Shown piece after piece: positions 1-8,770 of a DNA stretch of 64,000 nucleotides. The notes under the pieces are model-generated. The model ran no database searches and had not been told where the DNA came from. It saw nothing but the letters and a program-made list of their open reading frames with translations. The position numbers and the translations under genes are program-made. How positions within the stretch are numbered: position 1 is the stretch's first letter; every line of letters begins with the position of its first letter. This DNA comes from an uncultured virus (IMG/VR IMGVR_UViG_3300025167_000005) (taxonomy: Duplodnaviria; Heunggongvirae; Uroviricota; Caudoviricetes). The stretch lies in the IMG/VR virus record IMGVR_UViG_3300025167_000005, one strand, 5' to 3'.

Positions 1-3000
1 AAGTATCCCGCCAGAGACGGTGAGCGCGTTGGCCACAACCCAGTTCGTGCCCATTGTCACTGTTCCGCCTTGGACGGTCATCGCGCTGAACGTGTTGTCC
101 GTGGACAAGAGGGCAATGCTGAACGTGCCATTAAACTGGAACACGCTCGTCGTTCCCTCGGCGAACGTCGAACCTGTTCCCGACGTATCCCAGGCACCGG
201 TAACGGTCCACGTACCAGTCGTTACCACGATGGTTCCAGACGCGCCTCCCGTCATCGTCACGGCGGAAACAGTTACTGCCGATGCGTTGGCGGTAAAAAT
301 GCTTGCGTTACCGGCCACCAAACCACCACCATCCATGGACAGGCCCGCCGTAGCAAGCTCCGTTGTCGATGTCGTATCGCTAACCGTTAGTGTAGTTGCC
401 CACCGGAGTCCGCGGGTTGCGAGAGTCCAGGCTTGAGGGGTCCCAGCAGAAGATTGGAACGTCGCGTTGTTAAAGTGGGCCTCGGATACGAAGTCACACG
501 GAGTAAAACTTGCATCGCCGGTTGCCGAATCAAACGCAATGGTTCCAGTACCCGCTTCCCACGCCGTTGTGTCGGTTGAACTGCAATCGAAGGCGCCGCT
601 CACTGTCCACGTCTCCGAGCCGAAGTCGATTGCCGAACCGGCCGCCGATATATTCAACGCGCCCGTGATGGTCGCACTACCAGAAGTGCTCGTAAGGTCT
701 CCACCGCTCATGGTCAACGCGCCAGCGGCCAGCGTCTGGGTGTTCTTTGCCACCGTTCCACCCGAAATAGTCATCGTATTGGTTACGACCAGATTACTGC
801 CAAGGGTGGCTATCCCCGTCGTCACCGTAAGCGCACTGAACGTGTTGTCCGAGCCCAGAAGAGTGATGGTCGCCGTAGCATCGAACGTGTAAAGAGAAGT
901 CGTTCCCTCGCTAAACGTGGAGCCTGCTCCCGATGTGTTCCAATTCCCAGAGATGGTCCACGAGCCCGTGGTGACCGTGAGAGTGCCCGACGTTCCGCCT
1001 GTCATGGTCACGGTGCTCAAGACCGCCGTAGAAGCGTTCGCAGTAAGAATGCCTCCGTTCCCAATACTCAAATCGGACACATCCACCGAATTGCCAAAGG
1101 CAAGGTCTGAAGTGGCCAACGCCGTGGTAGACGAACCATCTATAATAAAAAGCGTCGTAAGCCACCGGATTCCTCGCGTAGCCATCGTGAACGTCTGCGG
1201 CGTTCCAGCACTCGAATTGAACGTCACGTTGTTGAATTCGGCCTCGCTCAGGTTGATTCCGGCGAAAGTCATCGTCCCGCCCGTGATACCATCAAAGAGA
1301 ACGGTTCCAGTCCCAGCTTCCCACACGGCCCCGTCCGTAGAAGCATTCGTCCAGGTTCCGCTCACGGTCCAATTCTCGCTCCCGAAGTCGATGGCACTCA
1401 ACGCAGACGAGATGTTCACGTTGCCGGTGATGGTCACGTTTCCACTGGTGGATGTGAGGTCTCCCCCGCTCATGGCGAGACTTGCCACAGAGACCGTGAA
1501 AGTGGACTTGGCCAGAGTCCCTCCAGAGATGGTCAGCGCGTTGGTAACCACCATGTTCGTAGCCAACGTAGCCGTCCCTCCCGAAACGGTCAGCGCGGAG
1601 AACGTGTTGTCTGTAGACAGCAAGATAATACTCGCCGTGGTATCGAACGTGTAGAGAGAAGTTGACCCCTCAGTGAAAGTCGAACCTGCACCCGAAGTGT
1701 TCCACGACCCCGAGATGGTCCACGCCCCCGTGGTGCCCGTAACGGTCCCGCTTGTGCCCCCAGTCATGGTCACGCTTGTTACTGCGACGGTAGAAGCATT
1801 CGCGGTTAGAATGCCACCGTTCCCGACGACGAGTGCTGCCGTGGAAAGCCCTAACCCTGCCGTGGCCAATTCGGTAGTAGAAGAACCGTCCGAGACCGTA
1901 AGCGTCCCGCTCCACCGCAGAGCCCGCGTAGCCATCGTGAACGTCTGTGGTGTTCCTGCGGCCGACGTGAACGTCACATTATTGAACTCGGCTTCGCTTA
2001 GGTTAGCTCCAGCGAAAGTCATCGTCCCGGCAGAAGCCGCGTCGAAGGTGGTCGTTCCGGTTCCCGCGTCCCAGCTCGCCGTCGTACTGTTGTTCGTCCA
2101 AGTGCCACCAAAGTTCCAAAGGCCACTGCCGAAGTCGATGAAGGAAGTTGCATCAATAGACACCGCACCGTCAATATCCCCATCACAGGCCGCTACACCG
2201 CAGGAGATGTTCGCGCCTCCGGTCATCGTGAGCGTGCCAGTGGCAGTAAGTCCGTTCGTTGCACTGGCCCCTACCGTAATGGCCAGATTGCTCGTGTCGT
2301 AGATGATGGCACCAGACACAGCAAAGTTGAACGTTCCAATGACCAAAGTGCTGCTCGCATCGTTGAATCCAGTGGTGGTCAACGATGCCATCGCAGCACT
2401 CACATCGACAGTAATCGTGCATGCAGCGACGCAGGAAGCCGCATCAATGGTCACCGAGTTGGAGGCCGTTGGAACGTCGCATCCACTCGCTCCACCGCTC
2501 GAATCCGACCACTGTGCTGTACTGCTCCAGCTTCCGGTCCCGTTGACCCAGAACCGGGCCGCACCACAACCCACCGGAGTCTCGTCGATGGCCATCGCGT
2601 CTCCGGCAGCCCAGCCTGCAACCCTGGAAAGGGTGATTACCGTACCCACGGAGGTCTGAGTATCGACAACGCCTGCGTTCCGCTTGAGGTCGTAAGAAGT
2701 CGATGCCGTGACATCTTCCAGGACGAATTGCCAGGTGTCTCCGGCTACCGAAGGACTGAACGTCCAGCGCACGTCCACATTGGCTCCAGAAGTCCAGGCA
2801 GTCCAAGCAGTAATGTCTATCGTCCCAGACCCCGCGGTCCGTGCAATATACATGTTCGATACGACAATGATATCCATGGTCAGGCTACCGTCAATGTTAA
2901 GCACCGTCAGCCCAACGAAGTCCCCGGTTCCGATGAGAATGATACCGTTTGCCGCACACTCCACATCGTTCGCTTGGAGATTCAAGTTGGCCGTGTCCAG

Positions 3001-6000
3001 GGTAGTCGTAGACGTGGAATCGGTCACCGTGAGCGTACCACCGATACGCAGACTCCGGGTGGCCATCGTAAACGTCTGAGCAGTACCTGCCGATGAATTA
3101 AAGGACAGATGGTTGAATTCTGCCTCGCTCAGATTGACTCCGGCGAAAGTCATGGTCCCTCCCACTACTGACGTGAAAGTCACCGTTCCCGTACCGGCTT
3201 CCCACACAGCCCCGTCCGTGGAAGCATTCGTCCAAGTTCCAGCAACACTCCACGACTCGCTGCCAAAGTCGATGGCACTCAACGCAGACGAGATGTTGAC
3301 ATTCCCAGAGATGGTTACGTTCCCAGAAGTGCTGGTCAGGTCCCCGCCGCTCATTGTCAGGCTTGCCGCGGAGACCGTGAAGGTGGACTTGGCCAGAGTC
3401 CCACCAGAGAGCGTCAGCGCGTTCGTAACCACAACGTTCGTGGCCAGTGTGCGGGTTCCCCCGGAGACAGACAATGCGCTGAACGTATTGTCTGAGGCCA
3501 AGAGAGTGATAGTGGCAGACGCATCAAACGTGTAGACACTCGTCGAGCCCTCGGCAAACGTAGAACCAATCCCCGAAGTGTTCCACGAGCCCGAGATTGT
3601 CCAAACACCAGTGGTGACCGTTAGCGTCCCACTTGCCCCGCCCGCCATCGTCACGCTTGCCACGACAACTGTTGAAGCGTTCGCAGTCAGGATGCCCCCG
3701 TTTCCAACGACAAGCGCCCCTGTGGAAAGCCCCAGACTCACAGTGGCCAGTTCGGTTGTAGAAGAGCCGTCAGAGGCCGACAACGTTCCGGCCCACTGGA
3801 GAGCCCGAGTGGCCATCGTAAACGTCTGCGGCGTTCCGGCACTCGACGTAAACGTCACATTGTTGAATTCCGGCTCACTCAGGTTAGAACCGGCAAAGGT
3901 CACCGTGCCACCAACCACAGAAGAAAAAGTAACCGTACCGGTCCCCGCTTCCCACACCGCGGAATCCGTCGAATCGTTGGTCCAGGTTCCCGATACGCTC
4001 CACGTTTCACTACCGAAATCAATAGCACTCGCGGCCGAAGAGATGCTCACGGCCCCGGTGACGGTGACCGCTCCCGAGGTGCTGGTTAGGTCTCCACCAG
4101 ACATCGTGAGGGCTCCAGCGGCCAGCGTCCGGGTGTTCTTGGCAATCGTCCCCCCCGAAATAGTCGTCGTGTTTGTCACGACCAGGTCGCTTCCGAGGGT
4201 CGCAGTCCCCGCAGACACGGTCAACGCGCTGAACGTGTTATCCGAAGACAAGAGAGTAATACTCGCCGTAGCAGCAAACGTATAGAGGGAAGTCAAGCCC
4301 TCGGTGAACGTGGAGCCTGCTCCCGATGTGTCCCAATTCCCAGAGACAGTCCACGCGCCAGTGGTGAGAGTCAACGTCCCGCTTGCTCCGCCAGTCATCG
4401 TCATACTCGCCACTGCAACAGTAGAAGCGTTTGCGGTCAGGATGCCGCCGTTTCCGATGACAAGAGCCCCCATGGAAAGCCCCAACCCCGCGGTGGCCAG
4501 TTCCGTCGTGGAAGAACCATCAGAAACCGTCAACGTTCCAGCCCACTGAAGGTCTTGGGTCGCCATCGTAAACGTCTGTGGTGTCCCGGCACTCGATGCG
4601 AACGTCACGCTGCTGAACTCGGCTTCCGCCAGATTTAAGCCAGCAAAGGTCATCGTACCGCCAGTCCCGGAAGAAAAGGTAGCCGTACCGGTTCCAGAGT
4701 CCCATCCCGCAGAATCCGTCGAAGCATTCGTCCAAGTCCCGCTCACGCCCCACGACTCGGACCCAAAGTCGATGGCACTTGCCGCGGACGAAATGTTCAC
4801 ATTCCCGGTTATGGTGACTGCCCCTGAAATGCTGGTCAGGTCACCGCCAGACATCGTGAGCGCTCCAATGGCCAACGTCCGGGTGGTCTTCGCAGTCGTT
4901 CCCCCGGAGATTGTCATCGTGTTGGTCACGACCAGGTCGCTTCCGAGGGTTGCAATTCCGGAAGACACCGTGAGGGCGCTGAACGTGTTGTCTGTGGACA
5001 GCAAGGTGATGGTCGTCGTAGCATCGAACGTATAGAGAGAAGTTGACCCCTCGGTAAACGTCGAACCTGCTCCCGATGTGTCCCAATTCCCAGAGACGGT
5101 CCACAAGCCCGTCGTTACTGTGAGAGCACCCGACGTTCCGCCTGTCATGGTCATTGTACTCACCACGACCGCAGAAGCGTTCGCGGTGAGGATACCACCG
5201 TTTCCAACGCTTAAGGCAGGCGTATCAGCAGCGGCTCCCAGAGCAAGCCCGGCAGTAGCCAGCTCGGTCGTTGAAGAACCATCCGTGACCGAGAGCGTGG
5301 TGAGCCAGCGAACCCCCCTCGTAGCCATCGTGAATGTCTGAGCCGTGCCCGCGGCCGACGTGAAGGTCACGCCGTTGAACTCGGCCTCGGCCAGATTCAA
5401 GCCAGCGAAAGTCATCGTGCCGCCTGTGGTAGACGTGAACGTGACCGTCCCCGTACCAGCGTCCCAAGAAGCACTTGTCGTGGAGTTCGTCCAAGTTCCC
5501 GACACGGTCCAGGTCTCGCTTCCAAAGTCAATGTATGCCGTGGCCGTACTGATGGAGACCGTGGTGACTACAACGACGCCAGACGTGGAGGTCAGCCCGG
5601 AAGCCGCTGTCCCGGAAACCGTAAGAGCGCCACCCGTCAACCCCAGCGTAGCCTTGGCCAAGATGGTTCCGCCAGAAGTGTCCGTGACCGTCAGCGTCCC
5701 GCCCCAACGAACTCCACGGGTGGCCAACGTGAACGTCTGCGAGGTCCCCGCGTTGCTGGTGAACGTCACGTTGTTGAACTCGTCCTCGGCCAAGTTGGTG
5801 TCGGCAAAGGTCATCGTACCTCCGGCCGCAGCATCGAAGAGAACCGTCCCAGTCCCAGCGTCCCAAGTTGCATCCGTCGAAGCGTTCGTCCAGGTCCCGC
5901 TCACGGTCCACGATTCACTTCCGAAGTCGATGGCACTCAATGCAGACGAGATGTTCACGTTTCCAGTGACCGATACCGCTCCAGACGTGCTGGTCAGGTC

Positions 6001-7509
6001 CCCGCCGGACATCGTGAGCGCACCTTGGATTGTCAAAGACGCTGTGCCCTTGGCGATAACGCTCCCGCTAAGCGTAAGACTGTCCATGGTGATAGACGCC
6101 GCTCCAGAAGTGGTCAGAGACGCGGACACGGTGGCGGCGCCCACGTCCAGGGTCCCGGTAGAAATGGTAATAGTACCTCCATTATGCGTAAAAGACGCTG
6201 TGTTGGTAAAGCTAAACGAGGCCAGGACAAAGGTGCCGGTGAACCCGGCGGAAGTATAGGTTCCAGTAGTGACAGAGATACCTGCGTCAAGCGTGCCCGT
6301 ACCCGCCCCGCTGAGCGCGTCCATGAAGACCGAGTAGCCAGCGGTTGGCACCCCGGCGCCGCCCGCGCCGCCGGAGGACGATGCCCAACACCCCGCGTCG
6401 GTGCCGAGGGCCGTGACGGTGCATCCGGCATCGCCGAGGACGAGGTAGCGGGTCAGGAGGACCTCCGTGACGGCCACGCAGATTGCGGCGGCGTCGTCGG
6501 CCGTCTGGGTCCACCCGCAGGTGACATCGGTGCCGTTGATGGTGTTGTAGAGGTAGCTGGCGACCCCGTTCGTGCCGATGTCCAGCTCCCAGTTGTTGGT
6601 GGTCCATCCTGTAAGCGGCGTGTAGCCCCCAGGAGCGTTTTGCCCGGAATACAGTACGATGCTGGCGAACGAGGTCCTCCCGGCCAGGCTCAGCGTGACC
6701 GAAGGGCTGGCCTGTGAGGTCGAGTTGATGGTAGCGTCGGAGTCCACCAGCTCCGTGTCCGCAGATGCCGTGAGCGTTGTGACCGTGCAGCCCTTCGACG
6801 TGGCGTCGTTCACGGTGACTACGACGGAGGCAGGGTCATTCGTCGGAACACTTGACCCCAGGAAATAGACGGCGACATTGCCCCCCTCGCCCGCCGCCAA
6901 AACATTGGGAGACCCGGCAATCTCTGACATGGCAGTTCCTGCATAAGTTGCAGCGGTCCAACTATCGGTAGGCTCACCGCTTGCGCACATGACGATGGCA
7001 GCTCGGGGAGTGCCTACTGGATTATGGCTGATAGTGATAGTGCCGGTTCCCGAGCCGGTGGTGAAGGCGTCAAAGGCAACCTGGCCTCTGGCCGATGGAA
7101 GGAAGAAGTTCACCACACCGGAGAAAAAGTCTCCGACCGCCCGGACTATTTGGTCTCCCACGGTGACCATGTCCAACGGCCCAAACACGACAGGCTTTGA
7201 CCTCGCAGGAACGGTCTGCGGAAAGTCCTGCGGGTCCACGTACCTGTACTGCACCGTGGGATGCCCGTCACTCATAGGCAGCCACTGGCCAGTTTCCGGA
7301 GACTTGTCCTGTATCAGGGACTGGAGATATGTCCAGCTCTGGAAAGTCAACGACCCCCCCTTCAGAGTGACTCCGGACTCGGTGAACAGCACCTTGCCGA
7401 CCAGGGACGCTGGCATCCCGGTGACCGGGTTGACCATGGTAGCCACGGCCAGAACGCCGTAGGCGGACGCCACGATGACCAGGAGGACCGCTACGCTGGT
7501 GAGACGCAC
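1..7509 (-). CDS. Giant (>2500 aa, runs off window edge) T/S/G/A-rich repetitive secreted or surface protein, probably beta-solenoid adhesin/fibre
   Basis: GTG at 7509, about 25 nt below TATA aagctttatatac (7533-7545). N-terminus MRLTSVAVLLVIVASAYGVLAVA is signal/TM-like. The same frame reads through at 7170 and at position 30; the ORF track has no minus ORF in this frame, as expected if no stop occurs before the edge. Confidence 0.85.
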   Translation of the reverse strand, partial: MRLTSVAVLLVIVASAYGVLAVATMVNPVTGMPASLVGKVLFTESGVTLKGGSLTFQSWTYLQSLIQDKSPETGQWLPMSDGHPTVQYRYVDPQDFPQTVPARSKPVVFGPLDMVTVGDQIVRAVGDFFSGVVNFFLPSARGQVAFDAFTTGSGTGTITISHNPVGTPRAAIVMCASGEPTDSWTAATYAGTAMSEIAGSPNVLAAGEGGNVAVYFLGSSVPTNDPASVVVTVNDATSKGCTVTTLTASADTELVDSDATINSTSQASPSVTLSLAGRTSFASIVLYSGQNAPGGYTPLTGWTTNNWELDIGTNGVASYLYNTINGTDVTCGWTQTADDAAAICVAVTEVLLTRYLVLGDAGCTVTALGTDAGCWASSSGGAGGAGVPTAGYSVFMDALSGAGTGTLDAGISVTTGTYTSAGFTGTFVLASFSFTNTASFTHNGGTITISTGTLDVGAATVSASLTTSGAASITMDSLTLSGSVIAKGTASLTIQGALTMSGGDLTSTSGAVSVTGNVNISSALSAIDFGSESWTVSGTWTNASTDATWDAGTGTVLFDAAAGGTMTFADTNLAEDEFNNVTFTSNAGTSQTFTLATRGVRWGGTLTVTDTSGGTILAKATLGLTGGALTVSGTAASGLTSTSGVVVVTTVSISTATAYIDFGSETWTVSGTWTNSTTSASWDAGTGTVTFTSTTGGTMTFAGLNLAEAEFNGVTFTSAAGTAQTFTMATRGVRWLTTLSVTDGSSTTELATAGLALGAAADTPALSVGNGGILTANASAVVVSTMTMTGGTSGALTVTTGLWTVSGNWDTSGAGSTFTEGSTSLYTFDATTTITLLSTDNTFSALTVSSGIATLGSDLVVTNTMTISGGTTAKTTRTLAIGALTMSGGDLTSISGAVTITGNVNISSAASAIDFGSESWGVSGTWTNASTDSAGWDSGTGTATFSSGTGGTMTFAGLNLAEAEFSSVTFASSAGTPQTFTMATQDLQWAGTLTVSDGSSTTELATAGLGLSMGALVIGNGGILTANASTVAVASMTMTGGASGTLTLTTGAWTVSGNWDTSGAGSTFTEGLTSLYTFAATASITLLSSDNTFSALTVSAGTATLGSDLVVTNTTTISGGTIAKNTRTLAAGALTMSGGDLTSTSGAVTVTGAVSISSAASAIDFGSETWSVSGTWTNDSTDSAVWEAGTGTVTFSSVVGGTVTFAGSNLSEPEFNNVTFTSSAGTPQTFTMATRALQWAGTLSASDGSSTTELATVSLGLSTGALVVGNGGILTANASTVVVASVTMAGGASGTLTVTTGVWTISGSWNTSGIGSTFAEGSTSVYTFDASATITLLASDNTFSALSVSGGTRTLATNVVVTNALTLSGGTLAKSTFTVSAASLTMSGGDLTSTSGNVTISGNVNISSALSAIDFGSESWSVAGTWTNASTDGAVWEAGTGTVTFTSVVGGTMTFAGVNLSEAEFNHLSFNSSAGTAQTFTMATRSLRIGGTLTVTDSTSTTTLDTANLNLQANDVECAANGIILIGTGDFVGLTVLNIDGSLTMDIIVVSNMYIARTAGSGTIDITAWTAWTSGANVDVRWTFSPSVAGDTWQFVLEDVTASTSYDLKRNAGVVDTQTSVGTVITLSRVAGWAAGDAMAIDETPVGCGAARFWVNGTGSWSSTAQWSDSSGGASGCDVPTASNSVTIDAASCVAACTITVDVSAAMASLTTTGFNDASSTLVIGTFNFAVSGAIIYDTSNLAITVGASATNGLTATGTLTMTGGANISCGVAACDGDIDGAVSIDATSFIDFGSGLWNFGGTWTNNSTTASWDAGTGTTTFDAASAGTMTFAGANLSEAEFNNVTFTSAAGTPQTFTMATRALRWSGTLTVSDGSSTTELATAGLGLSTAALVVGNGGILTANASTVAVTSVTMTGGTSGTVTGTTGAWTISGSWNTSGAGSTFTEGSTSLYTFDTTASIILLSTDNTFSALTVSGGTATLATNMVVTNALTISGGTLAKSTFTVSVASLAMSGGDLTSTSGNVTITGNVNISSALSAIDFGSENWTVSGTWTNASTDGAVWEAGTGTVLFDGITGGTMTFAGINLSEAEFNNVTFNSSAGTPQTFTMATRGIRWLTTLFIIDGSSTTALATSDLAFGNSVDVSDLSIGNGGILTANASTAVLSTVTMTGGTSGTLTVTTGSWTISGNWNTSGAGSTFSEGTTSLYTFDATATITLLGSDNTFSALTVTTGIATLGSNLVVTNTMTISGGTVAKNTQTLAAGALTMSGGDLTSTSGSATITGALNISAAGSAIDFGSETWTVSGAFDCSSTDTTAWEAGTGTIAFDSATGDASFTPCDFVSEAHFNNATFQSSAGTPQAWTLATRGLRWATTLTVSDTTSTTELATAGLSMDGGGLVAGNASIFTANASAVTVSAVTMTGGASGTIVVTTGTWTVTGAWDTSGTGSTFAEGTTSVFQFNGTFSIALLSTDNTFSAMTVQGGTVTMGTNWVVANALTVSGGIL
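120..5960 (-). repeat. ~750-bp (~250 aa) degenerate coding repeats in the giant gene
   Basis: The motif tcgaacgtRtagagagaagt and variants recur at ~881, 1643, 3524, 4274 and 5024 (spacings 762, 750, 750). A different module interrupts at ~2100-3000. Recurring protein motifs include TMTFAGLNLxExEFNNVTF and IDFGSESWTVSGTWTN. Confidence 0.85.
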
Positions 7510-7532
7510 TAAGAAGCTCTGGAGTCTGAGGG

Positions 7533-7566
7533 TATATAAAGCTTGCTGGCGCGACAGGTTTATATG
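7533..7566. promoter_or_regulatory. Divergent archaeal TATA promoters (giant gene on -, ncRNA1 on +)
   Basis: Minus strand aagctttatatac and plus strand aggtttatatg match archaeal BRE-TATA spacing. Confidence 0.7.
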
Positions 7567-7587
7567 GGTCTGCCACCATCTACTAAA

Positions 7588-7691
7588 TGCAGAGGGAATC
7601 TGCATCCTGAGCGTCCGGAGCGCACTCTACCGGCAGCGCCACTCCGCTGGAATATTACACGGGCCGACTTGGGTGGAAGGTCGGCCCTTTT
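7588..7691 (+). ncRNA. Putative structured ncRNA 1 (kissing-loop motif)
   Basis: Has its own TATA. Hairpins tgcaga/tctgca, ccgg/ccgg, cagcg-CCACTC-cgctg and gggccgactt-GGGTGG-aaggtcggccc, followed by TTTT. A 23-bp core is identical to ncRNA2. Confidence 0.6.
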
Positions 7692-7767
7692 GAGACTCGA
7701 TTCTCTTCAATCTCACACTACCTGTTTAAACCACAGGTTCTTATAGGACCGCCGCTATCTATAGATG

Positions 7768-7945
7768 CTTAGCGACCGGAGCGCAACCTCCGGCAGCGCC
7801 ACTCCGCTGGAAAGTGTTACGCTGGCCGCCTCTGAGTGGAGAGGACGGTCCTATGCCTCCGGCGGCATGTAATTCGACCGGCCGTGCTGCCCCACGGGTT
7901 GAATGGGGGGCCATCTCTGGGCAGGGAGATGGTCCATCCCGCGAC
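7768..7945 (+). ncRNA. Putative structured ncRNA 2 (paralogue of ncRNA 1)
   Basis: Promoter ttcttataggaccg at 7738. Hairpins ccggag/ctccgg, cagcg-CCACTC-cgctg and cctct-GAGTGG-agagg, plus further stems (atgcc/ggcat, ccgtg/cacgg, ccatctc/gagatgg). Confidence 0.6.
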
Positions 7946-7983
7946 AAAAGTTCTTATAGGACCGTCGCCATCTATAGGTGTCT

Positions 7984-8210
7984 GGGCTGGCAGCACCATG
8001 CCTAAGTGCGGGGTTCGATTCCCCGGCAACGTTGAGGTGCTTCGGCGTTGCAAGGCCCTAAACTGGAAAATCCGGGCCGTCTTTGGGTAGAGAGAACGGC
8101 CCAATATACATCTCATGCGCTCTTGACAACATCGACCAGTGGCCTATGGTCTGCCTAAACTGGAAAGTGGCAGTTCCTGGTCCGTTTTGGCAAGCAGGTA
8201 ACCGATGGTC
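7984..8210 (+). ncRNA. Putative structured ncRNA 3 with tRNA-like T-arm
   Basis: Second copy of the promoter ttcttataggaccg at 7951. T-arm cgggg-TTCGATT-ccccg; hairpins gcaacg/cgttgc and gggccgt/acggccc; cctaaactggaaa occurs twice. Confidence 0.5.
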
Positions 8211-8214
8211 GGCC

Positions 8215-8439
8215 TCAGGCCACGGCCTCGTTGTAGACCTTCCAGGCGGAAGCCACGGTCTCGTTGTAGGCCTTCTGGGCGAGAGCCTTAGCCTCGACGC
8301 AGGCCCTCTGGGCGGGAGCCGTGACTTCGTCGTAGGTCTTCTGGGCGAACACCCAGGCGTTGGTGAAGGTCTTCCAGGCGGTATCCACAGCCTCGTTGAG
8401 GGTTTCCTGAGCAATCTGTTTCTTGGTCGCGTCAGTCAT
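8215..8439 (-). CDS. Small protein made of 11-aa (A-x-K-A-Y-x-E-A-V-A-S) repeats
   Basis: Leaderless behind TATA aaggtttataag at ~8462; repeats AWKTFTNAWVF/AQKTYDEVTAP/AQKAYNETVAS. Confidence 0.75.
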   Translation of the reverse strand: MTDATKKQIAQETLNEAVDTAWKTFTNAWVFAQKTYDEVTAPAQRACVEAKALAQKAYNETVASAWKVYNEAVA

Positions 8440-8623
8440 ACCCCTACTATGGCCTTCGTCCCTTATAAACCTTTAGCAAGACCAAACAGGTCAGTTACTG
8501 ACGAGTCTTCCGAAAACCAGCCCAAGCACGAAGTCCGCGTAGGTCGGGAGATGGTCCGTTTACGCCAGGGGGCAGGTCCTTCAATGCGCCAAGTATATAA
8601 AGGTCGAACGCCATAGTAAGAGC

Positions 8624-8770
8624 ATGGCATACAACAAGGCGACACGGGCGGCAGGTGTGGCGATTGAGACCGGAGAAGTCCGCATGCTTCTGGAGAACCA
8701 TTTCCCCGGAGTGGTTGCGGAAGTCCTCATGGACTGGCTCGCCAGGGGCCAATCGGAACACAACTACTGA
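8624..8770 (+). CDS. Hypothetical 48-aa protein
   Basis: ATG about 25 nt after tatataaa (~8595); MAYNKATRAAGVAIETGEVRMLLENHF... Confidence 0.4.
   Translation: MAYNKATRAAGVAIETGEVRMLLENHFPGVVAEVLMDWLARGQSEHNY

Noticed and set aside
20..7462. Many plus-strand Val/Pro-rich ORFs
   Set aside because: Antisense shadows of the giant minus-strand gene.
7588..7660. Cobalamin riboswitch (agggaa...gccact)
   Set aside because: Only fragments match, they are not kept in the second copy, and no downstream gene is regulated.
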